Shown one piece after another: positions 11,076 to 21,187 of a stretch of DNA of 64,000 nt. Position 1 is the first letter of the stretch. Each line of letters begins with the position of its first letter. The notes beneath the pieces were generated by a model, which ran no database searches, was not told the origin of the DNA, and saw only the letters and a list, made by a program, of their open reading frames with translations. Origin of the DNA: Eledone cirrhosa. Its lineage: Eukaryota. Where the stretch lies: assembly GCA_964016885.1 (NCBI GenBank), contig OZ024742.1:297600001-297664000 (forward strand). The letters are read 5' to 3'. The translations under genes and the position numbers were made by a program.

Positions 11076-13563
11076 TTGAAGTTTCACCGAAATAAACAGT
11101 CACTATTAATAACAAGCATTATTAACATACCTATCCCATCTAAGGATACATACGAAAAACTACTGATTAGTAGTGTCAACTCTTTTATTAAAAGAGTTAG
11201 ATGGAAGGCCTTCCACTATGATAAGAATCGCGCTGTAAAAAAAACACGATGCACCTTCGTTTGAAACATACGGCTTCAAAACATACAAACGCCCTCCACA
11301 CAATATCTTACTGGACTCATTTGAAAACGATCTTGTGTCACTTGTTATAAGTATTATGTACAAGAAATACTACAATAGGAAGAACGAATTCCTAAATAAC
11401 CTAAATTCCACCATAAAAAATCTTTAATAAGAATAGGAATATCTTAGTACTAGCTGATAAAACTAAAAACATATATAGCCTAGATGACGATACATATAGA
11501 GAATTTATATATAAACAACTTTATAGGAACTACAAAAAAATATCTCATAACAACCTGGATGACATAAATATTGAAGCCCGTAGTTTAATATGTAAATTAG
11601 GACTAGAAAGATATACTCAACCGTACAGCCCTAATCCCCCACGATTCTCTCTGAAAGACCATAATGATGACTTCAATACTAACCCCTCAATTAGACTTAT
11701 TTGCCCATCCAGATCCGACATTGGTATTATTAGTAAAAAAATTTTACATAAAGTAATCCCTCAAATTAAACAAAAAATTCATTTTAACCTCTGGGGAAAC
11801 ACTAGTGAAGTAATCGAATGGTTTAATGGTATTAATGAAAATAATAAGAAGAAATTCATCCAATTTCATATCAACTCCTACTACACCTCTATTTTACCTA
11901 TCCTCCTAAATAAAGCATTAATAATGGCCATGAACAATAGTGAACTCATTAGATCCCAGGTAGATATAATTCTTGTGGCCAGGAAAACAATAATTAAATT
12001 TGAAGACCAGCTATGGACCCGCAAAAATACACCCGACAACTTCGATATCACCATGGGATCTAGTGACTCGGCACAGGTAACCGACTTAGTCGGTCTATTT
12101 CTCTTAAACACGATCCTACCTTACCTCAACGGTGGCCTAAACCAAGACGGCGCACTTTTCCTCTTAGACTATAAAAAGTTCAATATAGAAAGAACTAGAA
12201 AACAATTACATAAAATATTTAAAAACTATAACTTAGGTATCACCTTAGATAAAAACGCCAAAGATGTTAACTTCCTAGACGTCACTCTCTACTTAGACTC
12301 TAAAAAATATACACCTTAGCATAAACCTAATGAAAATCTTTTCTATGTTAATACCAAATCCCTAAATCTGTACTGACCTCAATCATTAAAGGGGTATCTA
12401 ATAGAATCTATAGCCTTTCTTACAACGAGAATACATTTAATCGTAACTCCCAATACTATAATGAAGCCTTAGCCCGTTCCGGCCATAGAGATAAAATTAA
12501 ATTTAAACCTAAATCGTTAACCACCCATAGACAACCTAATATAATTTCAAACAACATGGCCATGAATAAAAGTAAATATGATCATAGTATTGAAAATCCT
12601 GACTCCTATACAAAGGGCACCATAAAAATGTTAAACCACACCACAGCAATAATCCTAAGAAACACCACAGAAAGAAAAATATAGATAGGAAAGAACCTAA
12701 CACCACACTAAACAGTAGTATGAATAACAACCATAAGAAGAATAGAAGAAGAAGTAGCACATTTTTAACCCCCCGTTCAACTTAAATGTATCAACAATCA
12801 TACCTAAAGTTTTCTTCTCTACTCTAGACACAAACTACCCAACTAACCATAAAAATCCACAACCTATTTAACAAAAACACCATTAAAATATCCTACTCCA
12901 CCACACCTAACATAGCAGACCATATAGCCAGCACCAACAAGAGAAAGATTGAAAAGTACTTCAAATTACACCAAAGTAATAATGTCCAGCATAGAAATAA
13001 CCTGAACAATAACACAGTACAAGACCATACAGCAAGTCACACTAATAATACCAATAATAATAATACTCACCATAATCATAATACTAGAAGTAGAAACAGA
13101 AACAACCCCTCAAATGCATACCCCCTACTAGTTACCAAAACAATTGTAATTGTAGGCCTAACAAGACATGCCCATTAAATAAGAACTGCCTAATTAAAGA
13201 CATTGTCTACTCCGGTACTGTAACCGCCAATCACATCTCAAAAGTATATATAGGCTCAACATCGAATAGCTTTAAGGCCAGATATAATTCACACCTTCAT
13301 TCATTCAGAAACCCTAAACTTAGCAACGTAAACTCACTATCCACATAAATACACTCATTAAAATCAAGTAACATACCATACACCTTAAAATGGGATGTGG
13401 TAGCTAAGGCCCCTTCATATAGACCACCTAACAAATTTTGTAACCTTGCATCCTTGAGTCTAAAAATATTATTCACTCTAACCTTAGCCTACTAAATAGG
13501 AAATCAGAGATCTGTCCACATTACCATAGATTCTCGTTCCACTGCTTCAAACCTAGCAACTAA
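11076..13563 (+). pseudogene. Decayed Naiad-type PLE ORF (second family): RT + GIY-YIG
   Basis: NIPIPSK, KRVRWKAF, ETYGFK, SFENDL, TMGSSDSAQVTDLVG, NFLDVTL, FNPPF, CNC..CPL..NC, IVY...YIGST; stops and frameshifts; collinear with 3128-5290. Confidence 0.9.
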
Positions 13564-13906
13564 TAATAATATTAATAAAAATAAAAATAAAGACCAATGT
13601 CGGAGATAACACTAGACCACCAGATTTAATTCATCCAACTAGACCTTCATTTATCCAACTAGACCTTCATGAATATAGGACTAAACCTTAATTAAAAGAC
13701 CACACTGACCTACAATAAACACCTGTTTGATCTCTTACCTTATACAATTAAAAGATTTAAGTAATATAGACACTATATTAAACTCTCAATATACAACACC
13801 AACTAAATAGGAAACAACTGTGTGTATAACTCCAATTACTCCAGTATATATTATGCAACTCACTATCCTGTCATAAAAAAACATTCAACTATCTCTACAC
13901 AATCTG

Positions 13907-13910
<4 letters not shown>

Positions 13911-13984
<74 letters not shown>
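13911..13984. repeat. (TA)n microsatellite
   Basis: Direct reading. Confidence 0.95.
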
Positions 13985-13987
<3 letters not shown>

Positions 13988-14324
13988 AGGGGGGGGGTAT
14001 ATGTATGCATGTGTGTGTGTATATATATATACATTCTCACACATATGTATATACCTTTATTATATATACATATACTAACTATTTAAAAACTATCTAGTTA
14101 TAATAAACTGATTAAATAAATGTTTTTAAACCCCTCCACACAAGTTTAAAAGATAACAATTATATAACTAATAATATTTTATATTTTATATACTCTATAA
14201 AGATTAAATTATAACACTACCACAATATTAAAACAACCCTTAATTTATCAACAACCTTAATTACCTCCCTTTGTGATTAACCCCCTTTACAACTTCCTGT
14301 GTAAACTTATAAAATTAAAACAAC

Positions 14325-14473
14325 ATAATTGTTTCTACGTAAGGCCAACAATTACCCAGTGCATTACTGGTACTTTATTTTATCGACCCCCGTAAGGATG
14401 AAAGGCAAAGTTAACCTTGGCGGGATTCGAACTCAAAGCATGGCGTCTGACTCTCTACCAATACTGCCAATCC
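14325..14473 (-). mobile_element. tRNA-derived SINE (family A)
   Basis: Reverse complement has a GAGTTCGAATCCC B box and the core actttgcctttcatccttacgggggtcgataaaataaagtaccag repeated many times in the window. Confidence 0.85.
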
Positions 14474-15049
14474 ATAACAACATAATGATTCACCAACAGC
14501 TTAATAACGGTTAATACAAACCCTAGAAAGGATAATTTGTAGATAAAAAATGCATAAAATAATATACCTAAAATAACAACATTCGGCGGAATTTACATTT
14601 AACAAACAAACACCTATTGACTATAAACGACTCAAAATAATCCCATGGTTAATAGCTGTGAGTAACAAACAACACATACACAGACATACCCCTCTAACAA
14701 ATTGCATACTATCTTAAACATTTATAACAATTATAACATGTTTTAACACCCCACACAAAATATGTGTACTTCAACTGCATTATAACTCTTTCCTCATACA
14801 TGCCTTATTAACTGTATTGACTCCTGCATTGTATACCAATTGTCCTTGCTTATAACTTTTTTGCCTGTGTTTTTTCTAGCTTATGATATTTTTTTGCTTG
14901 TGCTTTTTAATTATACCTATTACAATTCCAACCTGTAATTGTGTTCTTTCAAGCAGAACATCTTTTTAACTCCTAACTCTCCACATGATGCCTTTGACAC
15001 TAATAACAATTATGTTCTAAATGACTAGGATTTTAGTTACATGTTTCGA

Positions 15050-15115
15050 CATTCTTTATGCTCCGATGATTCCAGACTTCCCTCTGGAAGAAACAATTGT
15101 CAGCTAATAAATGTT
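15050..15115 (+). ncRNA. Minimal type I hammerhead ribozyme (CCGAUGA core) downstream of the second PLE
   Basis: GCU/AGC helix I; CCGAUGA 15063-69; UUCCAGA/UCUGGAA helix II; GAAAC-AAUU-GUC (palindromic ACAAUUGU helix III). Confidence 0.75.
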
Positions 15116-15154
15116 CTAAACTAAAATTTGATCATTTCAACACTTTATATATAT

Positions 15155-15377
15155 AAAGGAACGATCGACTTTCGTCAAATCGGACCGAGGGAACAATGTT
15201 TCCGTTGGTCTTTCCAATTGCTAATACTATCTATCGGTCGCAACTCCAGGTAGAAGGAGCAACGTGAAATAAAGTGTCTTGCTCAAGGACATAACGCATC
15301 GCCTGGTCCAGGAATCGAACTCACAACCTTACGATTGCGAATCTAATTCTCTAACCACTCAGCCACACGCCTTCACT
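15155..15377 (-). mobile_element. tRNA-derived SINE (family B)
   Basis: Minus strand: A box TGGCTGAGTGG, B box GTTCGATTCC, then tgtccttgagcaagacacttta; between TA tracts. Confidence 0.85.
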
Positions 15378-15387
15378 ATATATATAT

Positions 15388-15552
15388 ATTTCTATGTTGT
15401 CTATATTACCATCATGTTGTCGTCTGGCGTCTTCGTATAGTACTGAACCGTTTTTTCGTCCAGTGTTGATCTATCCTTTCTCCTATGTTACGAGCTGTCT
15501 CGCCTATGTATGTTGTTGTCATGTTTCTGAAAGTACCCTCTGTACATCCTGT
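15388..15552 (-). mobile_element. Inverted copy of a PLE GIY-YIG fragment (third family)
   Basis: Reverse complement of 19271-19448 apart from a 13-bp deletion. Confidence 0.9.
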
Positions 15553-18500
15553 ATATATATATATATATGTAGGCACCCTAAAGGGTCGCGCTAACGAGGT
15601 TGTAGAAATGCTTGAACGTAAGGAGGTCGATGTTTGTTGTATTCAAGAGACCAGGTGGAGGGGTGGGTCTGCTAGGTTCATTGAGGGTAAAAAACGATGT
15701 TATAAGCTTTTCTGGGTGGGAAACGACGATGGGCTGGGTGGAGTAGGAATCATGGTAGCAGAAAAGTGGGCAGATAAGATAATAGACGTAAATAGAGTGA
15801 ACGACAGAATAATTAAAATACGACTTGTCCTCAATAGAACTACGGTGACAGTAATATCTGCGTACGCACCCCAATCCGGACTGCCCGGCACTATAAAAGA
15901 CAGATTCTATGAGACACTGATGCTAACTACCTCCCAAATATCCGACAGTGACTATATAATTATCGCAGGCGACCTAAATGGTCACGTTGGACAACATTGT
16001 GACGGCTACGACGAAATCCATGGAGGCTATGGGTTTGGTACTAGAAATGAGGAAGGCTCCAGAATCCTGGAATTCTGTGATGCAAATAACCTAACTATCT
16101 GTAACACTAACTTCAAAAAACGTGACAATCACCTGATCACCTATAGATCCGGGGAACACACAAGCCAGGTAGATTATATCCTTACCAGAAGACGTGACAG
16201 AGTGTCTGTTGTAAACACTAAATCCCTCCCCCATGAAGAATGCACCTCCCAACATAGACTGATAATTAGCGACCTCATAGTCAGGACGAGACGTACTCGA
16301 CAACAGAAGAGGACTATCCTCAGGAGGAAAATATGGAAGCTAAAGGACCCCACAGCCAGGAATAAATTTCAAAGCATATTACTTGATGCTTTCGACAGTA
16401 AGGAAGAACATTTAGAGTCGGACAATATAGAGGGAGAGTGGGAATTTCTGAAAGCAAACCTGCTGTTGGCGACAGACGAAGTCTGTGGCTGGAGCAGGCC
16501 TGTAGGCAGGAGGAGAGTAACATGGTGGTGGAACAGTAAGGTGGAGGGGTCAATTAAGGCCAAAAAGCAGGCTTGGAAAGTATGGCGGGATGGGGGAAGT
16601 AGAGAGGACTATCAAGTGGCCAGGAGGGAAGCTAGGAGAGAAGTGTACTTAGCAAGAAGGGAAGCTGAGGAAAGAAAGTTCAAGCATGTTCTACAACGCG
16701 ATGACCAAAAACGTGAGGTGTTCAGGATTGCTAGGCAATGTGTCAAGGAAAACCGTGATATTGTCGGGGAGAAGTGTGTACTAAACGACGATGGCACACT
16801 TGCCATCACCGACGCTGATAAGAAGGTAGCTTGGAAGTGTCACTATGAAAGGCTACTAAATGAGGAGAATAATTGGGAGAAAGGCAGTCTCCCCCATATC
16901 GACCCAATAGAGGGACCAGCAGTGTTAGTCGAGGGGAGTATAATAAGTAAGGCAATCAAGGATATGAAGACGGGTAAGGAGGCTGGGCCTTCGGAAATAG
17001 TTGCTGAGATGCTGAAGGCATCTGGCACGGTGGGACACACCATGGTCACCCGCATAGTTAACCAAGTCGTACAGAATGGGGTTGTTCCGAAGGACTGGCA
17101 TAGCAGCATCATCGTTAACTGTTATAAGGGTAAAGGAGACGCCCTAGCTAGGAGTAACTATAGAGGCATTAAATTAATCGACCAGGTCATGAAGGTCACG
17201 GAAAAAGTAATAGCGCAACTAATCAGAGAGAGAATTGACCTAGATGAAATGCAGTTCGGGTTTGTGTCAGGCAAAAGTACCACAGACGCTCTTTTCATAG
17301 TACGACAACTACAGGAGAAGTACCTAGCTAAAGGTAAACCCCTCTACTTAGCTTTTGTCGACTTGGAGAAAGCCTTCGACAGAGTCCCCTGCTCCATTAT
17401 CTGGTGGGCTCTTAGAAAACTAGGCGTTGACGAAAGGCTTGTGAGGGCTATACAAGCCATGTATAAAGAAACAGTCAGCAAGGTTAGAATTAACAACGAA
17501 TATAGTGAAGAGTTTAGCGTAAAAGTTGGCGTCCATCAGGGCTCTGTTCTCAGCCCACTACTATTTATTATTGCCCTTCAGGCTATAACAGAGGAGTTCA
17601 AGACAGGCTGCCCATGGGAACTCCTATACGCAGACGACCTGACACTCATAGCGGAATCAATGGCCGAGCTAGAGAAGAAATTCCAAACATGGAAGCACGG
17701 CCTAGAGTCAAAAGGACTTAAAATTAACCTGGCTAAGACCAAAGTACTAGTTTGTAGGAAAGAAAACAAGGCGGCGGTCCCTTCTGGGAAATGGTCGTGC
17801 TCGGTGTGTAGGAAAGGCGTAGGTAGAAACTCCATTTTATGTCCTAAATGCAAAGTATGGGTGCATAAAAGATGTAGTGGGATCACAGGTAAGCTAACTA
17901 AGAACATAGATTTTACATGTGGCCGGTGCTCTGGTGCAATAAGTAGCAGCAAGTGCCCACAAACTACTAGCTCTTTCAATTGCGCAGAGGGTTCTATAGA
18001 AATAGTGGACAGCTTCCGTTACCTGGGCGATAAAATCAGCAGTGGGGGAGGGTGCTCTGAAAGTACTGTAGCTAGAGTCAGAACTGGTTGGAAAAAGTTC
18101 AGAGAGCTTATACCACTATTAGCTGCTAAAGGGTTCTCACTAAAAATGAAAGGCAGGTTGTACGATGCCTGCATACGAACAGCAATGCTGCAGGGCAGTG
18201 AGACCTGGGCATTGTGTGCAGAGGATATACGCAGACTAGAGAGGAACGAAGCTTGCATGCTCCGCTGGATGTGTAACAGTAATATACGTGAACGGCAAAG
18301 CATAAACGAACTAAGGAAAAAATTAGAGATAAGAGGGATCAGATGTTGTTTACTCGAGAGAAGGCTACGTTGGTATGGACACGTGATGCGCATGAAAGTC
18401 AATAGCTGTATAACAAAGTGCAGGGCAATAAAGATAGACGGTAGTCACGGAATAGGCAGACCTAGAAAAACCTGGGACGAGCTGATAAACTCCGACATCA

Positions 18501-18583
18501 CACACTTACACCTCTCCAAGACAATGTCACTGGACCGAGACCTTTGGCGGTACTCAGTAACAGAGAAGACCCGCCTTACCTAA
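15485..18583 (+). CDS. RTE-clade LINE ORF (APE endonuclease - RT - PHD-like finger); the first 28 codons are not RTE-derived
   Basis: CCIQETRW, SAYAPQ, AGDLNGH, QVDYIL, SQHRL, NYRGI, QFGF, FVDLEKAFD, GVHQGSVLSPLLF, LYADD, FRYLG, RRLRWYGHVMR, GRPRKTW; no internal stops. Confidence 0.95.
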   Translation: MLRAVSPMYVVVMFLKVPSVHPVYIYIYVGTLKGRANEVVEMLERKEVDVCCIQETRWRGGSARFIEGKKRCYKLFWVGNDDGLGGVGIMVAEKWADKIIDVNRVNDRIIKIRLVLNRTTVTVISAYAPQSGLPGTIKDRFYETLMLTTSQISDSDYIIIAGDLNGHVGQHCDGYDEIHGGYGFGTRNEEGSRILEFCDANNLTICNTNFKKRDNHLITYRSGEHTSQVDYILTRRRDRVSVVNTKSLPHEECTSQHRLIISDLIVRTRRTRQQKRTILRRKIWKLKDPTARNKFQSILLDAFDSKEEHLESDNIEGEWEFLKANLLLATDEVCGWSRPVGRRRVTWWWNSKVEGSIKAKKQAWKVWRDGGSREDYQVARREARREVYLARREAEERKFKHVLQRDDQKREVFRIARQCVKENRDIVGEKCVLNDDGTLAITDADKKVAWKCHYERLLNEENNWEKGSLPHIDPIEGPAVLVEGSIISKAIKDMKTGKEAGPSEIVAEMLKASGTVGHTMVTRIVNQVVQNGVVPKDWHSSIIVNCYKGKGDALARSNYRGIKLIDQVMKVTEKVIAQLIRERIDLDEMQFGFVSGKSTTDALFIVRQLQEKYLAKGKPLYLAFVDLEKAFDRVPCSIIWWALRKLGVDERLVRAIQAMYKETVSKVRINNEYSEEFSVKVGVHQGSVLSPLLFIIALQAITEEFKTGCPWELLYADDLTLIAESMAELEKKFQTWKHGLESKGLKINLAKTKVLVCRKENKAAVPSGKWSCSVCRKGVGRNSILCPKCKVWVHKRCSGITGKLTKNIDFTCGRCSGAISSSKCPQTTSSFNCAEGSIEIVDSFRYLGDKISSGGGCSESTVARVRTGWKKFRELIPLLAAKGFSLKMKGRLYDACIRTAMLQGSETWALCAEDIRRLERNEACMLRWMCNSNIRERQSINELRKKLEIRGIRCCLLERRLRWYGHVMRMKVNSCITKCRAIKIDGSHGIGRPRKTWDELINSDITHLHLSKTMSLDRDLWRYSVTEKTRLT

Positions 18584-18982
18584 ATATATAGTAAAACCTA
18601 CTCCAGCCAGTAGGCATCTCTAACAAAATACACCCCGTCCCACCACCCCCACCCCCACCCCATCCACACCACCCCGTTCTATGTAAAGTTATGTTGGTGC
18701 CGCGCCATCGAGGCCGAAACAAATGAGATCGTGTAGGTGTCACGACAAAAAAACACACAGTCCACGCTGTAATGTGGCCGTGTAGGCAACACGGTAAAAA
18801 CCTCCCAGACCCACACTGTAAATGTGGTTGGTGTTAGGAAGGGCATCCAACTGTAGAAAACCTGCCAGACAGTCCTATGCGAGCAAGACAATCACTCTTG
18901 CCTCAAGTGGGACTACCCCCGTCCAAACCCATGCAAGCGTGGAACACGGACGTTAAACGTTGATGATGATGATGATGATGAT
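15569..18982 (+). mobile_element. Young RTE LINE, slightly 5'-truncated, with (GAT)n tail
   Basis: Starts at gtaggcacc straight after (TA)n; 3' UTR ends cggacgttaaacgt-(tga)n. Confidence 0.92.
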
Positions 18983-18987
18983 ACACA

Positions 18988-19085
18988 CAAGGTGTTCCCA
19001 AAATATATATACACACTTCAACAGCATTCTAATAAATATGGCCTGTACAGGTAATCAAAGTGTGTATACATATTTTGTGGACGCA

Positions 19086-19088
<3 letters not shown>
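18988..19088 (+). mobile_element. 101-bp Tc1/mariner-like MITE
   Basis: Imperfect TIRs of about 31 bp: caaggtgttcccaaaatatatatacacactt / aagtgtgtatacatattttgtggacgcactg, followed by TA. Confidence 0.75.
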
Positions 19089-19122
<34 letters not shown>

Positions 19123-19125
<3 letters not shown>

Positions 19126-19220
19126 TGCGTCCACAAAATATGTATACACACTTTGATTACCTGTACAGGCCATATTTATTAGAATGCTGTTGAAGTGTGT
19201 ATATATATTTTGGGAACACC

Positions 19221-19223
<3 letters not shown>
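19123..19223 (-). mobile_element. Inverted twin of the 101-bp MITE
   Basis: Near-perfect reverse complement of 18988-19088 across a (TA)n spacer. Confidence 0.8.
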
Positions 19224-19270
<47 letters not shown>

Positions 19271-19274
<4 letters not shown>

Positions 19275-19875
19275 GATGTACAGAGGGTACTTTCAGAAAC
19301 ATGACAACAACATACATAGGCGAGACAGCTCGTAACATAGGAGAAAGGATAGATCAACACTGGGGGAACTAAAAGGACGAAAAAACGGTTCAGTACTATA
19401 CGAAGACGCCAGACGACAACATGATGGTAATATAGACAACATAGAAATTAGAATAATATCTAAACATAGAAATGACCCACCTGGTAGGCAAATTAGAGAG
19501 GCCAGTGAAATAGAACTTAGAAGGCCAAAGCTAAACAGAAAAAATGAATGGAATAACAATAACACCCAACAAACAATACTGACCTAAGAGAAATATAAAT
19601 AAATAAATAAATATATATATACACAAGCACAATAACAACAAACACATATTAGTAAACTAAGATAGAATACAATAACCAAAACACAGTCACCCAAACGTGA
19701 ACACACACCAAACACTATACACACACGCAAACACATGCGCAGAGAAGAAGACAAAAATAAATAAATAAATAAACAGATAAAATAAAAATGGCGTAGACAT
19801 ACAATACAACAGGAGAAACATAATAGTACCACCGATGATGTTGCAGATGTGCAACGAAAGAACTTTGTTAGATTA
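19271..19875 (+). mobile_element. 5'-truncated PLE (third family): GIY-YIG fragment, 3' region and degenerate hammerhead
   Basis: TGC...[17 protein letters not shown]...RQIREASEIELRRPKLNRKNEW, then a hammerhead-like motif at 19827-19870. Confidence 0.8.
19827..19870 (+). ncRNA. Degenerate minimal hammerhead (CCGAUGA core)
   Basis: tacca-CCGATGA-t-GTTGCA-gatg-TGCAAC-GAAAG-aa-CTT-tgtta; extra nt before helix II and a mismatch in helix I. Confidence 0.55.
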
Positions 19876-20224
19876 TATATATGTGTTTATATCTATATTA
19901 TATATGTATTTTTGACCGTTGGTCAGTCAATGATATACAATGAGGCCAAATGAATTAACTGTGGAGATATAAAAGATACAGAAGCGAAAACCAACCAAAC
20001 AGTGGGTGTGTTCTGTTATTATTTCTGGCAATATTATTACAACAATATGACCCTCTCCAAGTATAACAATATTTGTTTCGACACATGATTTCATATCAAA
20101 AACCTCACAAAACAAATTCATCGCCGTCATATATATATATATATATATAAAAGTAAGTAGGATTGAAGTCACTGTTGCAGCAAATATACGTATATAAATT
20201 TTATTGGTATATTGCAATCGCTTC

Positions 20225-20540
20225 AATATCAATAAGCTCAGGGTACAATCAAGAGGTGTATACTTGCTTTGTAGACCTTAAAAAGGCATACAACTGCAAT
20301 TTACACGACCTGTTGTGGAAGGTTCTGCAGAAGTATGAGATTGATGGACAGCTTCTTGTTGCTCTGATATCTCCGTACGAATGCTCTGGTTTTCATAATC
20401 TTCATGAATCGGTTTGACATGCACAGCCAGGTTAAGAGTGGTATTATGACTGGCAGGTGTAGGATCAGTCAGCATGACATGGTTTTACTTAACTCATCAG
20501 AAGGTGATCTCTGACATGCATTTGATAGGTTTGATGTGAA
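20225..20540 (+). pseudogene. RTE RT fragment
   Basis: EVYTCFVDLKKAYN...LLWKVLQKYEIDG; related to 9440-9600. Confidence 0.7.
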
Positions 20541-21157
20541 ACTGCCTGAAACTGTTCTATGATTGAAAGCTATTTCTTTTAAATTGTTTATATTTATTTA
20601 AAACCCATCCATCATAATTTTATTGAAGAACCTTCATTATTCAAAATAACTTGAAAATAATGGGCAGAGTCTTTTGTTAGAAATATGGTGATGAAAGGGT
20701 AAAAATTAGATTTGGAAATATAGTTACAACCATGTTTATTAAACATATATAACCTCATTGTGAATTTACACGTTAATTAAACCATAGGACTTTCAGCTAG
20801 ATTTGACGTTTATTAAATTCTCACCAGGAATGAACTCACATGCCCTTTGGTGTTGAGAGAGTATAGTGAGTTGACTGACGGTAAAAATAAGGACGTGATT
20901 ATAATTACATAGCAGTGTAAATTTGGCTGTATATATTAATTAAATGGAGAAATGACACAGTATGTTTGAAATTAAATTTCTGAAACCCTCTGTTGGTGCC
21001 CCAATTAATTAATTTTATGCAGCTATCTTTGCCCCACTATATAAACGACTTACTATTATCTTGCTTACATTTTTATAAGTAGTATCATTAAACTCAGCAG
21101 CTTCAACAAAAACTGAAACTAGTTAATTTGATCATCTGTTCTGGTTCACCAAACATT

Positions 21158-21187
21158 TTGATCTTAGCCAAAAGACCAAGAAGCAGT
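21158..21187 (-). pseudogene. U2 snRNA 5' fragment (about nt 1-30)
   Basis: Minus strand actgcttcttggtcttttggctaagatcaa vs the U2 5' end atcgcttctcggccttttggctaagatcaa (recalled): 26/30 identical; similarity stops just before the branch-point recognition region. Confidence 0.75.

Noticed and set aside
15157-15215. Possible permuted hammerhead at the SINE B 3' end (GAAAC-att-GTT ... TTGACGA on the minus strand)
   Set aside because: Positions 3 and 8 are not complementary and helix II cannot be formed.
15290-15377. Possible tRNA gene
   Set aside because: A and B boxes are present but run into a SINE body, and the acceptor stem does not close.
20060-20130. Hammerhead-like CGATGA...GAAAC...GTT on the minus strand
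   Set aside because: Helices I and II do not pair convincingly; at best a very old remnant.
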